A stretch of 64,000 bases of DNA, from NCBI GenBank assembly GCA_013265495.1, contig MU058009.1:4470739-4534738 (forward strand), read 5' to 3'. Within the stretch, counting starts at the first letter, position 1. Every line of letters starts with the position of its first letter. This stretch comes from Vicugna vicugna. Lineage: Eukaryota. The notes below the pieces were generated by a model. It was not told the origin of the DNA, did not search any database, and was given only the letters and a program-made list of their open reading frames with translations. Both the position numbers and the translations under genes were made by a program. Positions 1 through 11,162 of this stretch are shown one piece after another.

Positions 1-1205
1 GTGAGAAGAGTTTTCACGTGTTGGCAAGTACCCTTAAGGCCTACCTCAACAGAACACGCTTAGGTTCCCGTAGCTGCTTCTGCAACCCATCATAATAGGT
101 TGCCGTGGTTGAAGGACGTGAAAAAAGGGTAGCTCCGCACAGAGACATAGTCACAAAAGAAAGTATTGTAGGCGCCTTTTCAGATAATTGCAAACATTTT
201 TCTTTGATCCACAGCAACATGTAACAAGTGGTAATTTCTGAAAGCTTCATTTCAATGCGGAATCTGAAACCACATTGATAAGTGAACATTTTGTATTCTT
301 TTACTTCAAAACCCAGTGGCCTCTCTTTCCCTCTGAATGGCTCTTCCATCCACGCGTCATTTTGGAACATCACGTCGTGATTATTTAGAAAATCTGCATT
401 CACTGATTTGTGTCGATCTTCCAAACAACGACATACTTCATTAAAATAATCTGTTAACATCACCGCCAGACTCATCAGAAAAGTCTTAGGCATTGCGACT
501 CTACTAAGGTCACGATAGTGACTTTTTTTTTTTCGCTTTCCCCAAATTTGGGAAAGTTCAAATTCTATTTTTGGTAATAAGTACTATCAGCTTTTTTCTT
601 TTTCCCTCCGAGTGACAGGCTTGTATGATTATTCATTTTCAAGAAAATGACAGCTGGATGACCAAGTCTGGGTAACCACAGTGTGCCTGCCAACGGTTCT
701 TTCAAGTAAAAACTCCGTTTTCTGAAAAAAGAAGGGGCTACTTCCGCTCGCAACTCAGACCATCTGACAGCGACTTCTCCTGGAGGAAGTGCTTTATTTT
801 GTGCTTTATTCGTACCTCTGTTTCCTTTCACTGGGCATTGAAAAGTCGTGTATTCAAGTGTTGAGATGCAATAAAATTAAATTCTGCTGCCTCAACAAGG
901 ACATTCCTGCATGAAACTGGCTTTCTATTCCTTTATGTTAATTTTTTTAAATGTGCGTGTGTAGTGGTGAGGAAGACAAGGCAGCCTGGCAGCCTGGACG
1001 ATGCCTCCCTGATTCGTGCTGAGAGCAGCATGTACACCCACTCTCGCCTTGGACCATCAGGACAAATGCCAACACATAGGGGAAAAGCAGGCCATGTCTT
1101 AGCAATGCTATGAGAACAGTTCTGACTTCACAAAACCCCTGGAGGCTCTTGGGGACTCACTCAGTGGATCACAGGGTCAATGAATCACACTTTGAAAAAA
1201 ATTGC
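1..1205 (-). mobile_element. Decayed hAT-Charlie DNA transposon (Charlie1/Charlie1a-like) with transposase remnants
   Basis: ORF 565..831 (ELRAEVA..FYLKEPLAGTLWLPRLGHPAVIFLKMN) and ORF 41..493 (NDAWMEEPF..ERPLGFEVKEY..IKEKCLQLSEKA..LC) resemble the hAT/Charlie transposase C-terminus. A Charlie1-like terminal sequence (..ggggactc..gaatcacactttgaaaa) lies near 1140-1205. Confidence 0.85.
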
Positions 1206-3209
1206 TATCATGGAAACCGAGGTGTGATGAAGTAGACAGTGCACGGAATGCAGGAGGAAGATGTGTGTTGACTGAAGATAAACGAAATTCCAGCAGCAAA
1301 AATTGATGACCAGCATCCTGACAGCAAGGGGGATAAGAAAATACTATAAAAAGCAGACACCTGGACTCAGCAGCGTGGCATCTGGGGGCTGTCTTTTCAG
1401 GGGCAAATAGCCAGGCACTTCAGCACCTCCGGAGAGTGCCACCGAGCTCAGCCCTGCTCAATAATGTTGTTCACAGTGAAGACCTTGAGTCATTAAAACA
1501 TCTCAGACATGCTATCTTTAAGAAGCCAAGGAAAGGAAAGGTTTCTCCTTAACAGAGTCCCTTGGAAATACATCCAGAACAATGTCTGAAATTTAAAAAT
1601 TGCTTTGGGGTTTACTTGGGTGTCTGCTTGTGTGGCCTGGCTTATTCCTGAAGGTGGCTAAACAAGGCGTCTCGGTAACTAAATAACCGGCCGTGAAATG
1701 AGGTGGGATCACTCAGCCCACTTCACAGATGGGCCGTCAGGCTGGCCGAGACTCAGGACGTCCGGGGGTGCCGGGTGAACCAGCGGGGAACGGAGTGTGG
1801 GTCGGGTCTCGGGTCCCAAGCCCCTGCCCCTCCCACACCCCCGTCCTGAGGCTGTGCTGGCCTCTCTCACAGCGCCTGTGAAATTAAAAACCTCAGGATC
1901 TCTAAGCGCTGGAGCCCTGCCCGGGAGAGCGTGGGAAGCTGGGTGTTCAGGGACTTGAATATGATCCTGCGCATCAGTCATTCTGAGCTGGCAGCTGGAG
2001 GCCCTGAAGGAGAGACGGTGATTTATAACGTCTAAATGATGCAGCTGGGTTCGTGTCCTGGCCAGAGCCTCCCTGTTAGGGGCCCCGAGAGCAGATTCCT
2101 TTTCCATGAGATGCAGGAGGACACAGATTCAATCACACTGCATCCCGACCTCTCCGGAAGGGAAGGCAGAACCAGCGTCTGACAATCAAGACAGTATGTT
2201 TAATCGGCCAGACCCACCTCTTAGGCAAACACTTAATTCACGGCAGGTAAGTGCGTTTCCATGGAGAGAGGGTGGCTGGTGACCAAGCCTGGATGACTAG
2301 GTTTTGCTGGAGAGCCGTGCTCAGATCTGCAGCTGGAAATTGTCCCTGAAGGTCACACAGCAGGAGGGACTGGGGTAGCAAAGATGGCAAAATTTCCAGC
2401 CATCCCCCAAAGAGGGCCCACAGTTCCAACAAGACCGGCTCTTGGGTCCTCTTCTACTGGCTTCTGCAATGTCTGTCCGGTGGGATGAGCTAACAAGTGA
2501 TTGAAGAGCTTCCCCCACACCAATTATCTGGCGTAATCAGGTTGCAAAATAGCCATTCATGCAGATCAGTGAAGCCAGCACTTGGGGACACTGGACTCGA
2601 GTTACCTGCAGAAGTTGCCTCGACTACCCCCTCGTAGCGTCTGTGTAAATACCATCGGGAAGTCGCACCACGGGGATTTCATTACATCTCCAGCCCACCG
2701 CAGTTCCTTCACGTCCCTTCCCATTGTGGTTTCTTTCCCCGTGGGCACTATCACCAGCACAAAAACAGTGTCTCATGGTCACTGGTCACTGACCACTGAC
2801 CAGTCACGTGAGAACACTCAGTTCTAACCTCTAAGTGTGGGGCTGAGACCCAGGCAGCTCTGACAAACGCCCCAGGAAACTCAGTTCTCACTCTGAGAGT
2901 GGGGTCCCTGACCAGCAGAACGGGCACCGTTAGGCAGCGAAACCCTGGAGGCCTCCCCGCCCAGGTGTCCTGATCGGCACCTGTGGTTTCCCGAGACCCC
3001 GGGTGGCCCTCAGGCCTCGTCCCCTTGGAGAAGCCCTGCTCCACTGCACTTCAAAGCCTCAGAAACTTTGAGAGTCAGGGGATCCGGGTCGGGGTCTGCT
3101 CTGCCAGCCTGTGGACCAGCTCCTGGGCTGTTCAGCCACTGAGGATACCCACTTCCCCAGTGGCCGAGGACCGGGCTCAGGCTGGACACTTAGATCCTAA
3201 ACTGGGCTG

Positions 3210-3350
3210 ATCAGTCACCTGTATCACTTAAGCAAACTTCTAAAAACACAGACTCCTGGGCCCGTCTCCTACTGACTCTGAACCCACAGTTTCTGAAATG
3301 CAGATGGGTTTGGGTCCTGATGCTCTAGAACTGTGTGTATTTCCCAAACT
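3210..3350. mobile_element. MER5-like hAT MITE remnant
   Basis: The stretch aaaacacagactcctgggccc..actgactctgaa..tgtgtatttc resembles the MER5A core. Boundaries are approximate. Confidence 0.5.
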
Positions 3351-3354
3351 CAGA

Positions 3355-3545
3355 GACCCGGGCTCAAGTCTAGTCTGGCCACTGATGGCCAAGTAGCCTT
3401 GGGCAAGTTTCTTAACCGCTTTGAATCCCAGTTTCTCGATCCTGAACATGGAAATATTATCATCAGCTCCCTGGAGTTTGGAAGACTAGATAACTTACAT
3501 AATTGATGTAAATCACTTAGCGCAGAATGAGAGGGAGCGCTCATT
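3355..3545 (+). mobile_element. MIR SINE
   Basis: MIR core present: ccttgggcaagtttcttaacc..cccagtttctcgatcctgaacatggaaatatta..tgtaaatcacttagc. Confidence 0.8.
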
Positions 3546-3935
3546 TCCCTGAACTCCTAACCCTCTTTCCCACCCTGAATCTCCAACGCGTCCAGAAGGT
3601 TCGCTTCCAAGGCCTCTGCACCTCCTGCCCTTTGTCTGGACATTTCTTCTTGCAGGAGGTTGACCCTGGCTGATGACGGCTCACAGAGACACAAATGCCC
3701 CCCACCACTGGGCCCCCAGCCTGCTCACCTTGCCCTGATTTTGTCAGAGGCTCCACACCACCTGATGTTAGATTCCTGTTGTTTCTGCGTCTGCCGCCCG
3801 CCGCCCGCCCCCACGGCCCCCGCCCGGCCCCTGGAGTCGCTGCTCCACGGGGGCAGGCCCTTGGCTTTCCTCTTTGCTGCGTCTCTGGTGCTCAGAATGT
3901 TGCTCTGCCCTGACTGGTTAAATGAATGAAGGAGC
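3545..3935 (+). mobile_element. L2 LINE 3' fragment
   Basis: Pyrimidine-rich L2 body ending in the L2 tail ttaaatgaatgaa; the middle part is GC-shifted. Confidence 0.6.
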
Positions 3936-4309
3936 AAACAGATTTTCCATAATTAAAATTAATCAAATATCTCTATTTCCATTAGTTATTTCCTGTTCTG
4001 ATGGCCCTTGCCTTTCCTAACTTTAATATGAGAATATTAAAGAAAAGAATTGATGCTTCTCGGAGTTTTGAAATTTAACTCCATACAGAGCAAACCCCTT
4101 CATTAATAATCAATCAACCATATGGCAGGGATCTGCATTTTTTTCTTTCTTTCCTCTTATACAATTAATGAATGAGCAGACTCATTGGTAAAACCATGGA
4201 GAGCTGTGTTGATAAAACGTGAAAGTCGTCCCCGCCCACGGCTGCCCTCTCCCCGCTCCCTTCCCCAGAGGCAAACGCGGTCCACAGCTTGGCATTCATC
4301 CTAACGTTA

Positions 4310-5340
4310 CCTTCTTGGTGCAGTCACACATGTAGAGGTATGTGCGCACACACCGACCACTTTTTATGTAAACGGGATAACAATGTACATATCGCTCTGC
4401 GACTTTTTCACGACATGCCTTTCCATGCCTGGAGGCCCCTTCCTTATTATTTTTATTGGCTGCAGAAAAAGACTCACCAGATTTTATTTAAATGCTCCCC
4501 TCTTAATGGGAATTTCAGTGATTTCAATTTTTTCTCAATTAACTATGTGACCAGGATCATCCCCCCCCCCACATGGTCAGACAACAAGAATTTATTTAGA
4601 AGAGATTCTTAGAAATTCTCAGTTAAGGTTTGATCTGCATTGCCACACTGGTTCACACTGGGCTTACCAGCCTTCCCCCTCACCTACTTGCGGTGCTTCT
4701 CTGGGTCCACACCAGAATCAAATGTTATTTATTTCACATTTTACCGATCCCATAGCTTTAAAATACTGTGTCATAATTTGCAATGAGTTGATTTCTGTGA
4801 AACAAACAATCCTTTTAGCATTTATTCTCCATTTCCATTGTCCTACAATATTTGTCCTGTTTATTCACTCAATGTTTTTCTATTGGTTTGTCTTTTTTTT
4901 TTTTCTTTCATTAGATTGATAAGAAACCTATGCATAGTCTGTGTTTGGTTCCTTTTTTTCTTATAGATACTGAGCATATTTTCTCCAAGGTTGCTTTTTA
5001 TCGTCTAATTTCATTTATGAGTCTATCTTTCACCGTAATACGTTCGGACGTCGCCAGATCTGCCAGCCGTGTCCTTTACAACTTCTGTACCGTGAATCTT
5101 GCTTTAAGAAGTTGTTCCCAAACTCAAGGTCATAGAAACATCTTGTGCGTTGTTTCATGCTTTTTCATTTTCACGTTTAACTCCTTTTGGAAGTCCTTTT
5201 GAACTCTTCAAACACTTCATTTAATAAAACCAAACTCTGTTTTTTGCCACTGACCTGTACACATCTTTAATAATGAAAAAATAAGACTGACTGTAGACTA
5301 ATTTCACATATCCGCCCCCTGCTTCACGTTTCTGTCCTTT
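4310..5340 (-). mobile_element. Ancient L1 (L1M-type) 3' remnant
   Basis: T-rich antisense L1-like text, e.g. gctttaagaagttgttcccaaactcaaggtcatagaaa..tttttcattttcacgtttaactc. Heavily decayed. Confidence 0.55.
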
Positions 5341-6989
5341 TCTTTCTCGTGAGTTAGGAATAATTTCGGCTTGGCCCCCACCCACACACGCTCGTCCAGA
5401 GAGAGAAGGTCTCATCACCTCAAGGACGCCAACTTCCCTCCCCTCCGAGGGCCTCCTGCCCCCACGCGTGCAGCGTCTTCACAGGCGGCACACAGCGGCA
5501 GGGCAGAAACCCCGGGTGTGGGAGCGCGAGACCCCGTCCAGCCTGCTCAGCGCCTGTCGGAACAACACGTGGCTTTTAAACGGGATAAACTGAAACGGCG
5601 AGTTCACGGCTTGAACCGAGGCAGCAACGTGGAGACGGCTGGCCTTGGCAGCCGGGACCTCGTGGTACTAGGTGTCCCTGAGCTAGCGCAGCAAGTGCCT
5701 CCAGCAGCGCGTCCCTGGGGCTGGCCTTCCCCCGCTCAGAGGGCACGACCCCGATCGGCACAGGGCTGGCACCTCGAGTCTGCACTGTCAACATGCAGCA
5801 GGCGCGCACCGGGCTGTTCTGGGCCTGGTGCTGCACAGAGGAAGCGAGGCTGGTCATTTTAATGATGCGTGCCCCTACGTGTGTTTTTATAGAGGCTCAT
5901 TATAATGCTGTGTCTTCGAGTTTGAGAAAAAGCAAGGAAAAGAGAAAGGTCACTACTATCTTTCCCTTTGTGGAGTTGGAGGTGGCTCCAAAGAACAACA
6001 AAAAGAGGGAAAGATAAGGCCGTTCCAGGCTGAGGGGTGTAAAACTGGAGGATAATAAAATCCAGCTGGTGCAGTTTAAAGAGGACTCATTACCTGGCCT
6101 GAGATACAGCGCCCAGGGCCGCGAGCCCTGGGAGATTACTTCCCCGCCTGCCGGGCGCTGATAACAGACCGTCCCCTGGCCTGAAGGCTCACTGCTCCGC
6201 AGGCGGAGCCGGGGCCTCAGCTTGAGGGCGGGCGGGTCCCAGCCAGCAGGGCCTCGCTGACTTTCCTCCGGCCTCCCCAGGAACTCGAAGGGCAGTGAGA
6301 GTTCCCATCACCTGAGAGCTGCTCTGGGCCTTTTCCAAACCTCCCCCCTCACACGCCCCCGCCCTCACCGGGCTCAGGGTAACTCTGGGAAGAGAATGCT
6401 GAAGTTTTCTTTTCCTTGAGAACAACGCCACATTAGTCAACTTACAAAGACTTGCTCACAGCACAAAGCGTCTGCACGGCTCACCGCGACCCTTAACTGG
6501 GCCCCGTCTTGTTTCCATATTCAAGGCATGGCGTGTGTTAACGCTCACAGTCACACGGAGTGTCGGCGCTGGAAGGGGGCTTGGAGACGCAGCTTAACGC
6601 TCTCACGTCAGAAGCCCAGAGAGCCGTGGAGAGTGCGCTCGCTGGAGAATGCTGAGCGGGAAACGAGCTTTCTCCTCCCTCTCCCAAGGCAGCCCTGCGA
6701 GAAAGGGGTTTCTGGGTCAGGTGGAAAGGCAGCCAAGGGCTGCAAGACCGTGGAGATCACAGCCTCTCTCAAACCTTATTAACAGGGCTCTGCGCAACTG
6801 GATGGGCGTCAAGGATTCAAAACTCAAAGTGCAGACTCTCCCACCCACTGGTCAACCTGCTTCTAACGGCAGGAGTGTGACAACTACAGAACCAGGTACT
6901 CGGCATCCAGGTGCGTGCCGAGGTCAGAACACTGACATCCCTTTACTCGGTGGCCTCCGTGCTCGTAAACTGGTGTTTGTACCTCATCT

Positions 6990-7900
6990 CATTACCTCTT
7001 CGTCCAAAGGAAGGAGTGCTCCTTCATGCGGACAAGACTAACCTCCCAGCTGGCCTCTGACTTCGCCGCGAACGCCCTCTGCTGGGACCTGGCTCGTCCC
7101 ATCAGCCGTCTCCGGTCTCCAGAATGTTCTGTCTCCTCTGGCTCTTTGTCTTCCGCCCACAGAGATGCCCAATACTTCCCTCTCATTAAAAACAACTCCT
7201 GTGCAGAGGGGAGGGTGTAGCTCAGCGGTAGAGCGCAGGCTCAGCACGCCCGAGGTCCTGGGTTCAATCCCCAGTCCCTCCATTAAAAAACAAGAAACAA
7301 AACCTAATGACCTCCCCTTAAAAAAACAAAAACACTTCCTTAAACCGTAAATCCCCCTTTAGCCACGGTACCTACCACTCCTTCCCTGACAAACTAGTTG
7401 TAAAAACCCCACATGTTCTGTCTACACTTTCCGCTTTTCTCTTCCTCACACCTTTGCAACAGGCTTCTGACTCTATCACCCCGTTTAAACTGCCCTGGCC
7501 GCGGTGACCAGTGGTTTACAACATAGATGCAAGACTCTTTTCAGCCTTGCCTTCACTTGACCTCTCAGTGGGAAGGTCAAGGTCGGGGACACCATGGATC
7601 AATCCACATTGTTACTATTACTGTTAAAATCCCTCATCTTTGACATGATCTCTTCTCTTGGGTTCAACCGCATGCCTCTTCCCTGGTTCTCCTCCTCCCT
7701 AAAATTCGCACTCCTGCCTGCCTTCTACACAGACGCCTTCCCCCACCGGCCTCTCAGTGTCCTGACCCACCCTGTCCTCAGCCCGCTTGCCTTCCTGCCC
7801 CGTGAAACTCTCTCGGGGCTTCAACTACCACCAGCTGTGCAGCTCAGAATAAGGCAACCAACCCTGCCCGTCGATCCCCCCGATCCTCCTCAAAGAGGAG
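6990..7900 (+). mobile_element. L2 LINE ORF2 (RT region) remnant, interrupted by a SINE
   Basis: L2-like blocks on both sides of the SINE at 7208: ctggctctttgtcttccgcccacagagatgccc, aaactgccctggccgcggtgaccagtgg, cttgacctctcag, ccctggttctcctcctccct. Confidence 0.75.
7208..7332 (+). mobile_element. Camelid tRNA-derived SINE (Vic-1-like)
   Basis: A-box region ggggagggtgtagctcagcggtagagc, B-box region gggttcaatccccag, then an A-rich linker, aacctaatgacctcccc and an A tail. Same layout as the copies at 32557 and 57310. Confidence 0.9.
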
Positions 7901-7909
7901 ACTCAAAAC

Positions 7910-7972
7910 GAATTTGACGCAACATTGTAAAATGACTATAACTCAATAAAAAAATGTTTAAAAAAGAAAAAG
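7910..7972 (+). mobile_element. Extremely 5'-truncated young L1 (last ~60 bp)
   Basis: gaatttgacgcaacattgtaaaatgactataactcaataaaaaaatgtttaaaaaag nearly matches the 3' end of the L1 at 37615-37670. Confidence 0.85.
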
Positions 7973-9433
7973 AACTGGAAACATTTTCGGAAGGTAGATG
8001 AAATCACTGAATGTTTACATATCATATTGAATCCTTTCGCCTAGATAAACGTACACGTTCTAAAGACCATACAACTGAACCGACCTGCTCATCTAGGATT
8101 GTTGCTCCCCACCCCCGCCACCCCCATCCCCCCATCCCCGTGGTCAGTTCAGCCCTCCGCGGGCGTCACGCCAGCAGGCTCTTCCATTTCCCAGAGGGAG
8201 TAATGGCTCGTCCCACACAGCTTTCTGAGGCACAGGCCTTCATCCCAGCGGTAGGCCTAGAGCACACACCGACCTCTGGAGTCATCTCATGAGGCCATAC
8301 ATGGAACGAAGCCCTGAGTGTCTAGCACCAGTTTGCAGAGAATGCTGGTGGTTGTGCCTTTTGTACAGTTGTATACGCATGTGATTTCCACTTACTATGT
8401 TGCTTTTGAAAATGATTTATAAAAATATGTTCTGAATAATACCTAACCTTTGTATTTGTCAGGTCATAGCTACAAAAAATTATTTAAATAAGTGTTAAAA
8501 ATCTTTGACTGTTTTTTTTTTTAAATTGACTCTCTCAGACAGCCTCCTAAGTGTCCCAAAGCGGCACTGGTTGGGGTGTCTTAGGTTAACGTGTCTCCCA
8601 AACACGGCTCCGCTGCTCTAAATAAGTAATTAAGAGAGCACTTCGGGTTGTGGAAGGCCCGGCAAGGGCTCTCAGGTAAAACAGCTCTTCCTTTCCCTGG
8701 GGACTAATTCTGGGGGAAGTCTCACATTGAATTAGATCATATACGGTAAATGCAAATGGATCTCGAAACTATATGTACCTCCCAGAGCTCTCCAGCCCTC
8801 CAGAGCCAGGGGTCTGATTGCACACTGAGCCAATCACGTCCAGACACCCCACGCCACCCCAAACTCAAGATATCTAAAATTACACTCACTACTTCCCCTC
8901 CAATTAACTTGTCTTCTTTATCTTATTGAACGCAGTCACTGCCGAAACCAGATAGCAAGTCGGAACTCTGGGGACATTCCCAGACGGCTGCACTGGTTTC
9001 ACCGGCATTTCTTCTTTGAACAAACTGATATGGAGCACCTCTCCGGTCTGAGCTCTGGTTTAAGGGCCAGGGGTACGTCAGTCAATCAGGGACGTAAGAT
9101 GCATGTTGTTATGGGTTACATAGCCTAGAAGGGGGTGTTAGAAACAAAATAAAGAGGAAATGCCAAGAAAAAATGTAGGAACATGAAATATATGATGCTG
9201 GAAATGGAACAAGATGATGTATTAGAGAATGACTAGATTCTACCTTAGGTCAGAAGATGAGAGAGGCTGACGCTGAACACCAAGAAGGGGTTAAGCATGT
9301 ACAGACGCAGGGGAAGAACACCGCGGGCAGAAGCAACAGCACGTGCAAAGGCCCTGGTCTGGGGATGAGGATGACAGAGACCAGGGAGAAGGCTGCAAGA
9401 CTACAGCAGAGTGAGCAAAGGGCAGGGTGGGGT

Positions 9434-9454
9434 TGTGTGTGTGTGTGTGTGTGT
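9434..9454. repeat. (TG)n microsatellite
   Basis: About 10 TG units read directly. Confidence 0.9.
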
Positions 9455-10054
9455 AGGGTACATGTGTTTGTGGTGGGGCAATGGTTACCAGGTGATGTAG
9501 TTAAGGATGCAAATATAGAGGCGATGTTTGGACTTTGTGCTAAGTGCTAAATCAGATGGCATTCCAGGATTTCGAACAGGTACGAGGTGTAATCTGATGT
9601 ATGTTTTTAAGAAGATAACTCTACTGTATCGAGAATGCATTATCCAGGAAGGGATGCCAAAGTGAGGACACAGGGACCAGAGCAGAGGGCACTTTCACAG
9701 CTTAGGCAGGAGACGCCGGCCGCTAGGGTGAAGGCGGCAGCTTGAGTGATGGAAACACAGATGGACTTAGGGTGCAGTCCAGAGGCAGCGACACCAGGGC
9801 TTCTGTTAAGGGGCTACTTGGAGGAAGGAAGGTAAATGAGTGAGGAAGGCGCCCAGGGTTATATACGTGCCATGACCAGATGGGCAGCCGCGTCATTCCC
9901 GGAGGCAGAGTGACCCAGAAGAGGAGAGTAGGGGTCCACAGAAGCCCGGCATCCTGTTCAGACCTGAGCACGTTTAAACGTCCACTGGGCGCTCGGAGGG
10001 CGGCTCGGCAATGCGAGCAGCAGGAGGAGCGGCTCGCGCTTGATGACAGACCCT

Positions 10055-10200
10055 GGGATTATCCTAGCTCAGAAGTGAGGACGCTGAGAGCCAGCAACTT
10101 GTTGACGGTCACCCAGTCGTCAAATGACAGATTTGGGACTGAAACCCAGGCTGTGTGGTTTCCAAGTTTGCGCTCTTAACACTCACGCTAAACTCCCTCT
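10055..10200 (-). mobile_element. MIR SINE
   Basis: agaagtgaggacgctgagag..ggtcacccag..gatttgggactgaaacccagg..gcgctcttaac. Confidence 0.7.
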
Positions 10201-10711
10201 GTGAATCTGGGAATCATCGTATTGCTGGCGGTTAAAGCCAGTGGTTGGGATTGTTTGTAAAGAGACATGGCTAGAAACGTCATCCCAGGGCCTGGATCTC
10301 CAGTACACCAAGACTTGGCTACGAAACAGAATAAAAAGAACCTCAAACGAAATTGGAAAAGGGCTTCCGGGAAGCTAGGAGGGGACCCAGGAGAATGTGA
10401 ACATTCTGAATGTTAGGAAGAGCGATTCAGGAAGAAGGTGATGGTCACGGCTTCACGTAGATATTGAACTGGAGAGGGACCAATGGATTCGCTAACACAC
10501 CGTTCAGTACAGACCTTGGTGAATGTTATTCGGCAGAGTGGTGATGCCCTCGAGACAATGGGGGCAGAGGGTCCAGAAACACGCCACAGGGAGGAGGCAT
10601 CTGGAGCAGGTGCAGCCTCTGCCCAGGGAATGGGGGAGGCAGGGTGTTCGGGTGTCCAGGTCGTGTGGCTGGTGGTCCATCCTTCTAGCCGCCTGGTCGT
10701 TGGCTGGCGTT

Positions 10712-11162
10712 CTGGTTCTCATTGTTCAGTTCTCTGCGGCCACAGAACCCCAAGCTCAGCGGCTTAAAAGGACAACAACCTTCTCTTGTCTCTCCGTTTC
10801 TGTGGGTCAAGGGGGTGTCTTGGTTGTTTCTGGCTCAGAGGTCGTTCATGAAGTTGACCCTGTAGTCAAATGTCAACTGGAGCTGCAGTCATCGAAGGGC
10901 TGGCTGCTGCTGGAAGAGCTACTTCAAGGCGGCTCGCTTGCGTGACCGGAAATTGGTTACTCGGCACGCGGGCCTCTGCAGAGGGCCGCTTAATTGTCTT
11001 CACAGCAAGAGACCACGGGGGAAGCGGCAAGGCCGTATATGACCCAGCCTAGAAAGGCACACACCATCCCTGCTCTGTGTCCTGTTGTCAGGTGGGAGAA
11101 GACTGCACAGGGGCACGAATACTGGGAGCTGGAGATGGTGGGGTAGCCATGTGATTACCACA
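10712..11162 (-). mobile_element. MaLR solo LTR (MLT1F/G/H-like)
   Basis: ctcagcggcttaaaaggacaacaacc..tctgtgggtcaag..ggagctgcagtcatcgaaggg..tatgacccagcctagaa, ending in taccaca. Confidence 0.8.

Larger units (their letters stand above)
9020..10570 (-). mobile_element. L2 LINE fragment with internal (TG)n and MIR
   Basis: Antisense L2 motifs: gcagaagcaacagcacgtgcaaaggccctgg, atgtttttaagaagataactct, acgtttaaacgtccactggg, gaccttggtgaatgttatt. Confidence 0.75.

Noticed and set aside
41..831. Domesticated transposase gene (ZBED/GTF2IRD2-like)
   Set aside because: It is fragmented by stops and frameshifts and heavily diverged, as expected for a neutral Charlie1 relic.
7208..7282. tRNA gene
   Set aside because: It has A/B boxes, but it is followed by the SINE-specific linker and A tail, sits inside an L2, and has two more copies in the window. 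It is a tRNA-derived SINE.
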